Source of the DNA: a bacterium
Lineage (GTDB): Bacteria > Bacteroidota > Bacteroidia > Bacteroidales > UBA1402
Reading direction: 5' to 3'
Length of the DNA stretch: 64,000 bases
Assembly: GCA_963617485.1 (NCBI GenBank)
Contig: CAVEPA010000002.1
Span: 111,163 to 175,162, forward strand
Within the stretch, counting starts at the first letter, position 1. Each line of letters starts with the position of its first letter. The notes under the pieces were generated by a model. It worked only from the letters and a program-made list of their open reading frames with translations, made no database searches and had not been told where the DNA came from. A program made the position numbers and the translations under genes. This document shows positions 30,785 through 38,959 of the stretch, piece by piece.

Positions 30785-32452
30785 TCAGAAAGTAAAGGAA
30801 GCTCCCACCAAGGGGAAGCAGGCGGGGAAAAATCCCGAATAACTGCTGTTCCACATGGCAAAATTGGTATCGCTGAAGGGATGGTACTGAGCAAAAATGT
30901 CCCATTGGCGTGTAAGCTGATAACTCAAGCAAGCCTGCCAGTAATGAAAATCGTTCATCTTCAGACGCGAACCCTCGGCGGTGGAGGGCATGTAGCGTTG
31001 TAGTGCTGCGAAATAATTGGCGCTTAACGACAGTTTTGACGTGGGCCGGAGTTCCAAAGCCACATTCAAAGTCCAAGCGGGCAGATAGCAGAGCTGCTTG
31101 TCGAAATGCTGGAAACGGATGTCGCCGCTCAAGCGCAGCAGTTGGCCGTAGCTAAAGTCGGCACCACTCCCAATGTACATGATGTGGCTATCGAGGTACG
31201 ACAGGCCAAAAGTCGGGCCTATGGCGGTACCGGCACTCGTTTCGCGGACGGGACTGAATTGGGCCAGATGTTGTAGATACTGATAGCCCGCTTCGGCGCG
31301 AACTTGCAGCATATCGATGGGATTCCACTGCAAGTCGGCATTCAGATGCACGGGCGAATAGGATGGGGCTATTCTTTCGCCAAAATCCAAGTAGGGGTTG
31401 ACCTTGAAACTCTCGCGATAGGAATAGAGTCTTTCTCCGCCATCGAGGCTCAAGCGGAAGGCCGCCTTTTCGCCCAGACCGCGTTTGGCCGCTGCCATGG
31501 CGGCGATTTTGAAAGAGTTGGTCTCAGCCAAGGTGCTGCTCAGATGAGCTCCCAAGCTGAAATCCCAAAGTCTCCAGCTATAGGTGGCCTGTGGCTTGAT
31601 ATCGAACCAGAACAGCGAGGTCAAGGGTGTGCCGGCCGAGTAGGAAAGGTAACGGGCGTCCACATCGAGTTGTGCAAGCCAGTTGTCACCGATGCGGTAA
31701 GATGCACCGCCCCTCATGTCCAAACTGCGTTCGCTCTGGCCTGAAACCTGCTCGTCGGGACGGTCGAGGTAGAAGATATGCCCGTCGGCATGGAAGTGAT
31801 AGTTGAAGTCCTTGTCCCAGGGTTTGGAGGCAATGCCGAGACTCAAGCGGGTGTCCGAAGAGCGGCTGTTGCCGGGAACGCCATCGTCTCCACGGCTCAG
31901 GCCGTTGATAGCATAGTTCCAGCTGCGGTAAGATTCCTCCAGCAAGGCGGTTAAGGCACAACTGTTGAAGTGGTACTGGTAGTTAACCAGTAGCTGGCTA
32001 TGGTTGTTGAAAGCACGCTGGGGTTCGGTAAAGAAAGGCCGTTCTTGAACGCGGCTGTGCATGAGTAGTTCGAGACGTTGGCGTTCCTGATGCAGGATAT
32101 TCCACTGCCCGTCGGCCAGAAAATGCAGGCCGGAGGTTGCCAGACGTGCATAGCCGCTGTAGTTTTGATGCGGAAAGTCCACAACGGCTTCGGCCGGCTG
32201 CATGGGAACGTAGTCGTTGTCGAGGGTCAGCATATTGCTGCCGGTAGCGAACTTGAGACTTTGTCTGTTGGTCTTGAGACTTTCCGTCTCGGGCATCTGG
32301 AAAACCTTGCCGCTGTGCTCCACTTGAGGAGTGAAGTCTTTTTCGAGCAAAAGGTCGCGGGTAAGGAGCGAGTCGCTGCGGTTTTGCGACCAGACCTGTG
32401 TGCCTCCCAACATTAGGGCACAGCCGAGTATCAGTAAGTTCTTCCTATTCAT
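30785..32452 (-). CDS. Predicted outer-membrane beta-barrel protein of unknown function
   Basis: Signal peptide MNRKNLLILGCALMLGGTQVWSQ. Shows alternating beta-strand-like patterning, is rich in aromatics, and ends in ...GASFTF (terminal Phe). The ATG at 32452 overlaps the upstream TPR stop by 8 nt (ATGAATAG). Confidence 0.6.
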   Translation of the reverse strand: MNRKNLLILGCALMLGGTQVWSQNRSDSLLTRDLLLEKDFTPQVEHSGKVFQMPETESLKTNRQSLKFATGSNMLTLDNDYVPMQPAEAVVDFPHQNYSGYARLATSGLHFLADGQWNILHQERQRLELLMHSRVQERPFFTEPQRAFNNHSQLLVNYQYHFNSCALTALLEESYRSWNYAINGLSRGDDGVPGNSRSSDTRLSLGIASKPWDKDFNYHFHADGHIFYLDRPDEQVSGQSERSLDMRGGASYRIGDNWLAQLDVDARYLSYSAGTPLTSLFWFDIKPQATYSWRLWDFSLGAHLSSTLAETNSFKIAAMAAAKRGLGEKAAFRLSLDGGERLYSYRESFKVNPYLDFGERIAPSYSPVHLNADLQWNPIDMLQVRAEAGYQYLQHLAQFSPVRETSAGTAIGPTFGLSYLDSHIMYIGSGADFSYGQLLRLSGDIRFQHFDKQLCYLPAWTLNVALELRPTSKLSLSANYFAALQRYMPSTAEGSRLKMNDFHYWQACLSYQLTRQWDIFAQYHPFSDTNFAMWNSSYSGFFPACFPLVGASFTF

Positions 32453-35400
32453 TGTTGCGTTCTTCGATTGTTTGTAAACGGGCGCTGATAAGCGTCTGGA
32501 TATCGTCTTGATCGTGATAGTTTTCCTTGAGGCTGAGCAAATATTGCTTGGCTTGGAAATCATCACCCTTCTGCATATAGATGTCGGCCATCAGGATAAA
32601 GCAGCGTGCCATCCAATAGGTATGTGGCGTACCCTCTTTGAGAAAAGCTTGAGCCAGCTCGAGGGCCTTGTCGGGATTGCCTTTCTCGAACCAATAGTTG
32701 GCCAGCAGGTAACGGGCTTCGGCACCATAGGCCGTTTGAGATTCTTTGGCCAGCAGTTCCCAATCGGCTACCGCATCGTCTTGACGTTGCAGCATCAACA
32801 GCGCCGTACATTTGCAGTAGCGGCATTCGCGTTGAAGCTCGGGTGTCAAGTTCTTCTCTTGCAGCATTTCTCGGGCGATGTCCAAAAGCTCAGGATAATT
32901 CTCCAAATTGGCCTGGCAGCGCATCAGCCCGGTTTTGGCCTGCAGGCGCACTTTCTTGCTGTCGGTTTGGAGTACCAGTTGTTGATAGTAGTCGAGAGCA
33001 TCCTGATAGTTCTCCTTGGCAAAGCTCCAGTCGGCCAGCATACTCAAGGCATCTGCCATATAAGGATTACCTTTCTGTTTGAGGACATTCTTGAAATGGG
33101 CGGCTGCCTGGTCTATACGCTGCTTTTCGTAGAGCAAGTTGGCGCAATGGTAGTTGGCGGACGTGTAGAAAGCGCCTTGCGGGAACTGTTCAAGGTATTC
33201 TTTGAAGGCAGCGATGGCCTCGTCTTGCTTGTTGACCATCATCAGGCGTTCTGCAGCTTGATACGACAGAGAATCCTGCTCGTCGGCCTGTATGGCAAAG
33301 CCTTCGCCCAAACTCTTGACATATTGGACGTACTGGTTCACTTGGTTGATGGCAACATAAATGCTCTTGAGGTCGTTTACGGCGGTTTGGGCCTCGCGGC
33401 TGGCGGGATAATCGCTGACCACCTTCTTGTAAGCACTGATGGCCTCGGTGGACTGCCCGTTTTTGTAGTAAAGCAGGCCGATTTGAACGCCGGCCTTGCG
33501 GGCAAGTTCGCTGTTGGGACAAGCTGTCATCAAGCGTTGGAAAGCCGCGATGGCATTGTCGGTTTGCTGAAGATTGATGTAGGCGCGTCCTTCTTCGAAA
33601 AGGGCTTTGCCCAGATAATCCGATGAGGGGAAACGTTGTTCGAAGGTTTTCAGCAAGGCAGCTTTTTCTTTGTATTGTTTGCGCAGACCTAGACAGAAAG
33701 ATTGCTGGTATACCGCATAATCATTGCCTTCTTTCGAAAGACGGTCGGTCTTGGCGTAGTAGCCTTCGGCCGGCTGGTATTGTCTGGCAAAATAGTAGCA
33801 GTCGCCTATACGGTTAAGCGCATCGATATAAGTGTCTTGCGAAGAAATGCCCCGAAAACCGATATATTTCTCGAACCATCTTAGTGCCTGTTCGTAATTG
33901 TTGGTATTGAAATAACAGTAGGCCAAATCGTAATGGGCAATTTGCCAAGCCTTGAATCCGGAAGCATCCTTGGCATTCAAAAAACGCTGGAAATCGCCGA
34001 TGGCCGTTGTCAGATTATTCAGTTGATAGGCGGTTTCACCTTTCCAAAAGTAGGCCTCGGGATTGGACAGCCCGATTTTGGCACTGAGGTCTACGCAAGC
34101 CTTGAATTGTTGGTAGGCGGCCTCGTAGTCGGCGTTGTTGAAGCGTTCTACGCCCAAAAGGAAAAGCAGTTTGCTCTTGGTTTCCAGCATGTTTTGCGAG
34201 GGGTGGTCAATCTTCCCGATAAAATCGATGGCAGCCCGATAGTTGGAGTTGCTCAGAAAGGCATCGGCCAAATGGCTGTAAATTTCATCGGAATAGCGAC
34301 TGTTGGGGTAGTCCTGCAAAATCTGTTCGAAGGCTTTTACCTGCTCGTTGAAAGGTGAGAACGAAGTCTTATAGCAAAGCAGCGCGTAATTGTAGAGTGC
34401 ATCTTCGCGAGTGCTCATGTCGTGGTAGCTGAGGCTGGCTCGCTCAAAACTCATGCGGGCCATATCGGTCTGTTGCATCTGCAGATAGCAAACGCCGATG
34501 TGAAAAGTGGCGTTTTGGGCCAGGGCATCGTCTTCGGCCGTCACTTTCGAAAAGAATTTCAAAGCCTTGTCGTAATGTTGGTCCATGAAATGTATCATGC
34601 CAATGCGGTAGGCATCGCTGCGCAAAAGTTCGGGCTGCGCCTTAAGATAACGGTTGTACAGGCTGAGCGCTTCGTCGTAGTTGTGCAGTTCATAGTAGGA
34701 ACCGGCCGACAGGCGGAGCAGTTCTGTCATTTCGGTCTCGGTGGTTTGACCTTGCATCATGTCTTCGGCATTCTGCAGCACGGAACTGAACTGTCCCTCC
34801 TTGAAGAGCAACTGTAGTATAAACAGTTTGGTGGCATTTTGGAAATCGGGATGATCCACTACTTTCTGGAACCCTTCCAGCGCTTCTTGGGTAGAGCCTT
34901 CGCAATAATCAATGTAAGCCATGTAATAAGTGGCCTGCGGGACGTAGCGCCCGTTTTCGGCCAGAAGCCCGGCAAAGAGGCTGTCCGCCTTGTTGAAGTC
35001 TTCCAGCTGCGTGTAAGTATAGGCGAGGCGAAAACGGTAGTCTTCCCAATCTTTCTTGCCGAGCGAATTCTTGTTGCACAGACGGAAAGAGGCCAGAGCA
35101 TCGCTATACTGACCGGCATTCATGGCGCAAGTACCCAAATAGTAGAAAGCCTTGGGCGCGTAAGTCGACAGGGAATAGTCGTTCAGAAAATTCCGCAGCA
35201 GCAGGCTGGCGTCCATACGGTTGAGTTGGTAAGCCGAAGCGGCCTGCATAAAACGCAGATGTTCGGTCTGTCCCTGGTTGGGATCGGGCTGTTCGGCCAA
35301 CAGCTCTTCGGTCTGGCTCAGGCAGATATCGTAGTTTCCTCGAATGAAATATTCTTGACAAGCTTGGTAGCGGTTGCCCATCTGGTTCCCGGTTTTTTGC

Positions 35401-35459
35401 TCTTGTGCGCAGATGTAAGGCGCGAGCAGCAGACAGACAGACAGCAGGAGTTTCTTCAT
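32445..35459 (-). CDS. Large secreted tetratricopeptide-repeat (TPR) protein
   Basis: 1004 aa with signal peptide MKKLLLSVCLLLAPYICAQ. TPR-like A/Y/L periodicity recurs throughout (e.g. AFYYLGTCAMNAGQYSDALASF, ATFHIGVCYLQMQQTDMARMSF). Confidence 0.85.
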   Translation of the reverse strand: MKKLLLSVCLLLAPYICAQEQKTGNQMGNRYQACQEYFIRGNYDICLSQTEELLAEQPDPNQGQTEHLRFMQAASAYQLNRMDASLLLRNFLNDYSLSTYAPKAFYYLGTCAMNAGQYSDALASFRLCNKNSLGKKDWEDYRFRLAYTYTQLEDFNKADSLFAGLLAENGRYVPQATYYMAYIDYCEGSTQEALEGFQKVVDHPDFQNATKLFILQLLFKEGQFSSVLQNAEDMMQGQTTETEMTELLRLSAGSYYELHNYDEALSLYNRYLKAQPELLRSDAYRIGMIHFMDQHYDKALKFFSKVTAEDDALAQNATFHIGVCYLQMQQTDMARMSFERASLSYHDMSTREDALYNYALLCYKTSFSPFNEQVKAFEQILQDYPNSRYSDEIYSHLADAFLSNSNYRAAIDFIGKIDHPSQNMLETKSKLLFLLGVERFNNADYEAAYQQFKACVDLSAKIGLSNPEAYFWKGETAYQLNNLTTAIGDFQRFLNAKDASGFKAWQIAHYDLAYCYFNTNNYEQALRWFEKYIGFRGISSQDTYIDALNRIGDCYYFARQYQPAEGYYAKTDRLSKEGNDYAVYQQSFCLGLRKQYKEKAALLKTFEQRFPSSDYLGKALFEEGRAYINLQQTDNAIAAFQRLMTACPNSELARKAGVQIGLLYYKNGQSTEAISAYKKVVSDYPASREAQTAVNDLKSIYVAINQVNQYVQYVKSLGEGFAIQADEQDSLSYQAAERLMMVNKQDEAIAAFKEYLEQFPQGAFYTSANYHCANLLYEKQRIDQAAAHFKNVLKQKGNPYMADALSMLADWSFAKENYQDALDYYQQLVLQTDSKKVRLQAKTGLMRCQANLENYPELLDIAREMLQEKNLTPELQRECRYCKCTALLMLQRQDDAVADWELLAKESQTAYGAEARYLLANYWFEKGNPDKALELAQAFLKEGTPHTYWMARCFILMADIYMQKGDDFQAKQYLLSLKENYHDQDDIQTLISARLQTIEERNNE

Positions 35460-35507
35460 AGTGCGTGGCGGTTTGTTTCGAAGCGCAAGTATACGATAAT
35501 TGAACGG

Positions 35508-35544
35508 ATAAAAAAAGAAAACCCGAAAGCTTGTGACCTTCGGG
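35508..35544 (-). terminator. Intrinsic terminator downstream of tRNA-Asn
   Basis: Minus-strand stem CCCGAAGG/CTTTCGGG (8 bp including one G-U) with a 7-nt loop, followed by TTTTCTTTTTTT. Confidence 0.75.
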
Positions 35545-35565
35545 CTTCTGTGATTTCGATTTCGG

Positions 35566-35639
35566 CTCTTCAGGTAGGACTTGAACCTACGACCCCCTGA
35601 TTAACAGTCAGGTGCTCTAACCGACTGAGCTACTGAAGA
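35566..35639 (-). tRNA. tRNA-Asn (anticodon GTT)
   Basis: Hand-folded 74-nt cloverleaf: acceptor TCTTCAG/CTGAAGA, anticodon loop CTGTTAA, T-arm GTAGG-TTCAAGT-CCTAC. Confidence 0.92.
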
Positions 35640-35669
35640 AAGTTGCTGATAGATTTTCTAAAAGCGCGA

Positions 35670-35677
35670 CAAAAGTA
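35670..35677 (-). promoter_or_regulatory. -7 promoter element (TACTTTTG) for tRNA-Asn
   Basis: Plus-strand caaaagta, 31 nt upstream of the tRNA 5' end. Confidence 0.5.
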
Positions 35678-35700
35678 CGGGGATATTTCGAAATATGCAA

Positions 35701-35708
35701 TATATTTG
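35701..35708 (+). promoter_or_regulatory. -7 promoter element (TATATTTG) for the S41 peptidase gene
   Basis: tatatttg lies 44 nt upstream of the ATG at 35752, inside the track's N-terminal extension. Confidence 0.5.
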
Positions 35709-35751
35709 CGACAATTTTTTGAATTTTTATTTCGACAAGTCAAGCCTTCCA

Positions 35752-37416
35752 ATGATGAAAAAGAAACTATCAAGACCTATTCTGCTGCTATGCGCCTTAA
35801 TATCAGTTATATCCGTCAAGGCCGACAATCATGCAAACCGTCACTTTCAAATTGCCCAATATTTTGAAATTCTACACAGTTTGGTGCGCGATTTGGATGC
35901 CTATTACGTTGATACCCTTGATATGGAAAAAGTTTTCAACGCAGGCATAGAGGGCGTGTTGTCCGAAACCGACCCATATACCAATTATATCCCCGAAAAA
36001 GAAGTCGAAGACTTTAAATATATGACCACGGGCGAATATGCCGGTGTCGGTGCCCTTATCTCCATGCACGACGGCAAGCCCATCATCAGTGAGCCTTACG
36101 AGAATATGCCCGCTCACAAGGCTGGTCTGCGCTTTGGCGATGAAATTGTTGCTATTGACGGCGAATCGATGGAGGCTAAAGAAATCTCGTACGTGAGCGA
36201 GCGACTGCGCGGCTTGCCCAATTCGGAAGTGCTGGTGACTGTTCGTCGCGAGGGAGAAAAAAAACCACTGAAAATCAAGATTCAGCGTCAGAAAATAGTG
36301 ATGCCCCAAGTGGTATTTCACGGCATGCTCAACGATGAAGTGGGTTATATCTACCTTGAAGGTTTTACCGACAAGGCAACGCAGGAAGTGCGTCAGGCTT
36401 TGCTGGACCTTAAGGCTCGAGGAGTCCGCAAACTGATACTCGATCTTCGTGACAATGGTGGTGGTCTGATGGCTGAGGCCGTGTCCATTTGCAATCTGTT
36501 CGTGCCGCAAGATCAGGAAATCGTGTCAATTCGAGGCAAGGACAGTAGCAACAACCGCTGCTACAAGACACAGAACCAGCCCATAGACACGCAAATTCCC
36601 TTGGTTATTTTGGTAAACCAATCCACCGCCTCCTCTTCTGAAATTGTGGCAGGAGCCATGCAGGACCTCGACCGGGCCGTCATCATCGGTGAGCGCAGCT
36701 ATGGCAAAGGGCTGGTGCAAGCCACGCGCGAACTCCCCTACGATGGTTTGCTGAAATTGACCACGTCCAAGTATTACATACCGAGCGGACGCTGCATTCA
36801 GGCTATCGATTATAAAATGTCGCACGAGAACGGCCAGCTGACCCGTGTGCCGGATAGCCTGACGCAAGTGTTCCATACGCGCAGTGGCCGCGAGGTGCGC
36901 GATGGTGGCGGTATCCGTCCCGATGTGGAAGTGAAGGAACCAAATGTTTCGACGCTGGCCGTGCAGCTGTCTTTGCACCATTTTTACTTTGATTTCGCCA
37001 ATGCTTATCTGCGTTCGCATCCGACTATTGCCGAGCCTTCGAAATTCCGCATGAGCGATCAGGAGTATCTCGATTTCAAGCAGCAGGTGCTGGCCAAGGG
37101 TGTCAGCTACGATTTGCAGAGCCGCAAGCTGATGGATTCCTTCAAGAAAATATTGAAGGAGGAAGGCCTGTACGGCGAAGTGGCTGCTGAGTTTGAGGCG
37201 CTGGATGCCAAACTCAACCAGGGTCTCGACCGTCATCTTGATTTTTTCCGTCCTGAGATTCAACGTTTTGTCGAGATTGAAATTATCAAACGCTACTATT
37301 ATCAGAAGGGGGCGCACGAATATATGCTTCGCGAGGATAATGTTGTTGCCAAAGCGCTGGAAATCTTGCGCGATGATGAAAAATACAACGGCATCTTGTG
37401 CGCTGAAAATCAATAA
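35752..37416 (+). CDS. S41-family carboxy-terminal processing peptidase (PDZ domain)
   Basis: Signal peptide MMKKKLSRPILLLCALISVISVKA. Contains a PDZ region (GLRFGDEIVAIDG), DLRDNGGGL and the catalytic region STASSSEI...SYGKG. Confidence 0.9.
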   Translation: MMKKKLSRPILLLCALISVISVKADNHANRHFQIAQYFEILHSLVRDLDAYYVDTLDMEKVFNAGIEGVLSETDPYTNYIPEKEVEDFKYMTTGEYAGVGALISMHDGKPIISEPYENMPAHKAGLRFGDEIVAIDGESMEAKEISYVSERLRGLPNSEVLVTVRREGEKKPLKIKIQRQKIVMPQVVFHGMLNDEVGYIYLEGFTDKATQEVRQALLDLKARGVRKLILDLRDNGGGLMAEAVSICNLFVPQDQEIVSIRGKDSSNNRCYKTQNQPIDTQIPLVILVNQSTASSSEIVAGAMQDLDRAVIIGERSYGKGLVQATRELPYDGLLKLTTSKYYIPSGRCIQAIDYKMSHENGQLTRVPDSLTQVFHTRSGREVRDGGGIRPDVEVKEPNVSTLAVQLSLHHFYFDFANAYLRSHPTIAEPSKFRMSDQEYLDFKQQVLAKGVSYDLQSRKLMDSFKKILKEEGLYGEVAAEFEALDAKLNQGLDRHLDFFRPEIQRFVEIEIIKRYYYQKGAHEYMLREDNVVAKALEILRDDEKYNGILCAENQ

Positions 37417-37464
37417 GTTGAAGCACTAATAAATAAATATGTACAAAAAAATGAGCGAAAAACT

Positions 37465-37494
37465 TTTGTAGTATAAAGTTTTGGCCTATCTTTG
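37465..37494 (+). promoter_or_regulatory. Bipartite Bacteroidetes promoter (TTTG-N18-TATCTTTG) upstream of tRNA-Glu and rpsT
   Basis: TTTG at 37465-37468 and TATCTTTG at 37487-37494. The tRNA begins at 37543. Confidence 0.55.
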
Positions 37495-37542
37495 CACCCG
37501 CAAAATTACCCGCGTAAGGTGGGCTAATGATGCGAGTAGGAA

Positions 37543-37614
37543 GGCCCATTCGTCTATCGGTTAGGACGCAAGATTTTCATTCTTGAAAGAACGGTTCGAT
37601 TCCGCTATGGGCTA
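37543..37614 (+). tRNA. tRNA-Glu (anticodon TTC)
   Basis: Hand-folded 72-nt cloverleaf: acceptor GGCCCAT/ATGGGCT (G1-U72), anticodon loop TTTTCAT, T-loop TTCGATT. There is one A-C mismatch in the T-stem. Confidence 0.85.
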
Positions 37615-37639
37615 CTTAATTATTTAAAGCATTTTTGAA

Positions 37640-37894
37640 ATGGCTAACCACAAATCATCTTTGAAGAGAATCCGTCAGACACAGGCCAGACGTTTGAACA
37701 ACCGCTATTATGCCAAGACTGCCCGTAATGCCGTCCGTAAATTGCGTGCTCTTACCGATAAGGCAGAAGCCGAAGCTTTGCTGCCTCAGGTTAGTTCAAT
37801 GTTGGATCGCTTGGCAAAGAAGGGTATTATCCATAAGAACAAAGCTGCCAACCTTAAGTCAGGCTTGAGCAAGGCTGTCAACAAATTGGCTTAA
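37640..37894 (+). CDS. rpsT: 30S ribosomal protein S20
   Basis: 84 aa starting [27 protein letters not shown]. Confidence 0.95.
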   Translation: MANHKSSLKRIRQTQARRLNNRYYAKTARNAVRKLRALTDKAEAEALLPQVSSMLDRLAKKGIIHKNKAANLKSGLSKAVNKLA

Positions 37895-37919
37895 TTCCCT
37901 AAAGCGAATCATAAGTGTC

Positions 37920-37948
37920 AGACCGTATTTATTACGGTCTTTTTTTTT
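37920..37948 (+). terminator. Intrinsic terminator after rpsT
   Basis: Stem AGACCGTA/TACGGTCT with a 5-nt loop, followed by a T8 run. Confidence 0.85.
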
Positions 37949-37963
37949 GTCAAACCGCGTGCA

Positions 37964-38638
37964 ATGACCATTCTTTACGAAGACAACCACATTATCATAG
38001 TCAACAAGACCAACAACGAGATTGTGCAAGTTGACAAGACCGGTGACCTTTCTTTGGAAGAGGCTCTCAAGAGCTATATCAAGGAAAAGTATGCCAAGCC
38101 TGGTAATGTCTTTCTGGGTGTTCCGCATCGTTTGGACCGCCCCGTGAGCGGCATTGTGGTTTTTGCCAAGACCAGCAAAGCCTTGACACGCCTTAACGAG
38201 ATGTTCCGCAACGGAGAAGTTCACAAGACTTACTGGGCTATTGTCAAGGACCGGCCAACGCAGGACGCGGCTGTGCTTGAACAGTATATCGTGCGCAACG
38301 AGAAGCAGAACAAGTCTTATGTCTATAACGAGCCGCGGCCCGGAACCAAGAAAGCGGTGCTGTCGTATCGGCTGCTTTCCACCAGCGACCGCTATGCTTT
38401 GCTCGAAGTTGATTTGAAGACCGGACGGCATCATCAGATTCGTTGCCAATTGGCCGCTATGGGTTGCCCCATCAAGGGTGACCTCAAGTACGGCTTCCCG
38501 CGTTCCAACCCCAATGGCGGCATTTCACTCCATGCCCGCCGTATACAATTTGTACATCCTGTCAGTAAAGAGCCGATAGATGTTACGGCCCCTTGTCCAA
38601 AGGATGATACGCTATGGCAAATACTCGGTAATCAGTAG
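37964..38638 (+). CDS. RluA-family RNA pseudouridine synthase
   Basis: 224 aa with the catalytic motif HRLDRPVSGIVVFAKT and the GRHHQIR block. Confidence 0.88.
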   Translation: MTILYEDNHIIIVNKTNNEIVQVDKTGDLSLEEALKSYIKEKYAKPGNVFLGVPHRLDRPVSGIVVFAKTSKALTRLNEMFRNGEVHKTYWAIVKDRPTQDAAVLEQYIVRNEKQNKSYVYNEPRPGTKKAVLSYRLLSTSDRYALLEVDLKTGRHHQIRCQLAAMGCPIKGDLKYGFPRSNPNGGISLHARRIQFVHPVSKEPIDVTAPCPKDDTLWQILGNQ

Positions 38639-38763
38639 AAATCAGCCTCAATCCGGCAGGATATTTTTTGACATCTTTCGGACTTGATAAGCCGTTATTT
38701 GTCTTAAAATATGTTAATTTAATGAATTATTACTCTCTTTATATGATTTTTTTTTGGCCGATA

Positions 38764-38795
38764 TTTGGCAGAGAAGAAATTAGAACTTACATTTG
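38764..38795 (+). promoter_or_regulatory. Near-consensus bipartite promoter (TTTG-N20-TACATTTG) in the rluA-rsmE spacer
   Basis: TTTG at 38764-38767 and TACATTTG at 38788-38795. The spacing of 20 nt falls in the canonical range. Confidence 0.55.
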
Positions 38796-38799
38796 CGCC

Positions 38800-38896
38800 G
38801 TGTTTTTCATGGTATTAGATTTAAGGTTAATGAAGAGAGGTTGTCGGGAGATAATCTTCTTTTAAAGAGGAAGCATCACATGCTTCCTCTTTTTTT
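38800..38896 (+). ncRNA. Candidate ~95-nt short transcript (leader RNA / attenuator or sRNA) containing an 18-codon micro-ORF (38809-38865, MVLDLRLMKRGCREIIFF)
   Basis: Bounded by the promoter above and a strong terminator. The micro-ORF stop (38863-38865) abuts the 5' arm of the terminator stem. The TSS position is inferred, not observed. Confidence 0.35.
38864..38896 (+). terminator. Strong intrinsic terminator 64 nt upstream of rsmE
   Basis: A perfect 11-bp stem AGAGGAAGCAT/ATGCTTCCTCT with loop CAC, followed by a T6 run. Confidence 0.8.
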
Positions 38897-38959
38897 GTGC
38901 CCGTATCCAACGTATGAACGAGTGGTTTTAAGAGTCTTAATCAACAGCAGTTTTCCGAC

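Noticed and set aside
38668-38865. The 65-aa ORF in the rluA-rsmE spacer.
   Set aside because: It starts with TTG, and its first two-thirds span an AT-rich region that includes the promoter's -33 and -7 elements. Only its last 18 codons, from ATG 38809, lie in the predicted transcript. I report those as a micro-ORF instead.
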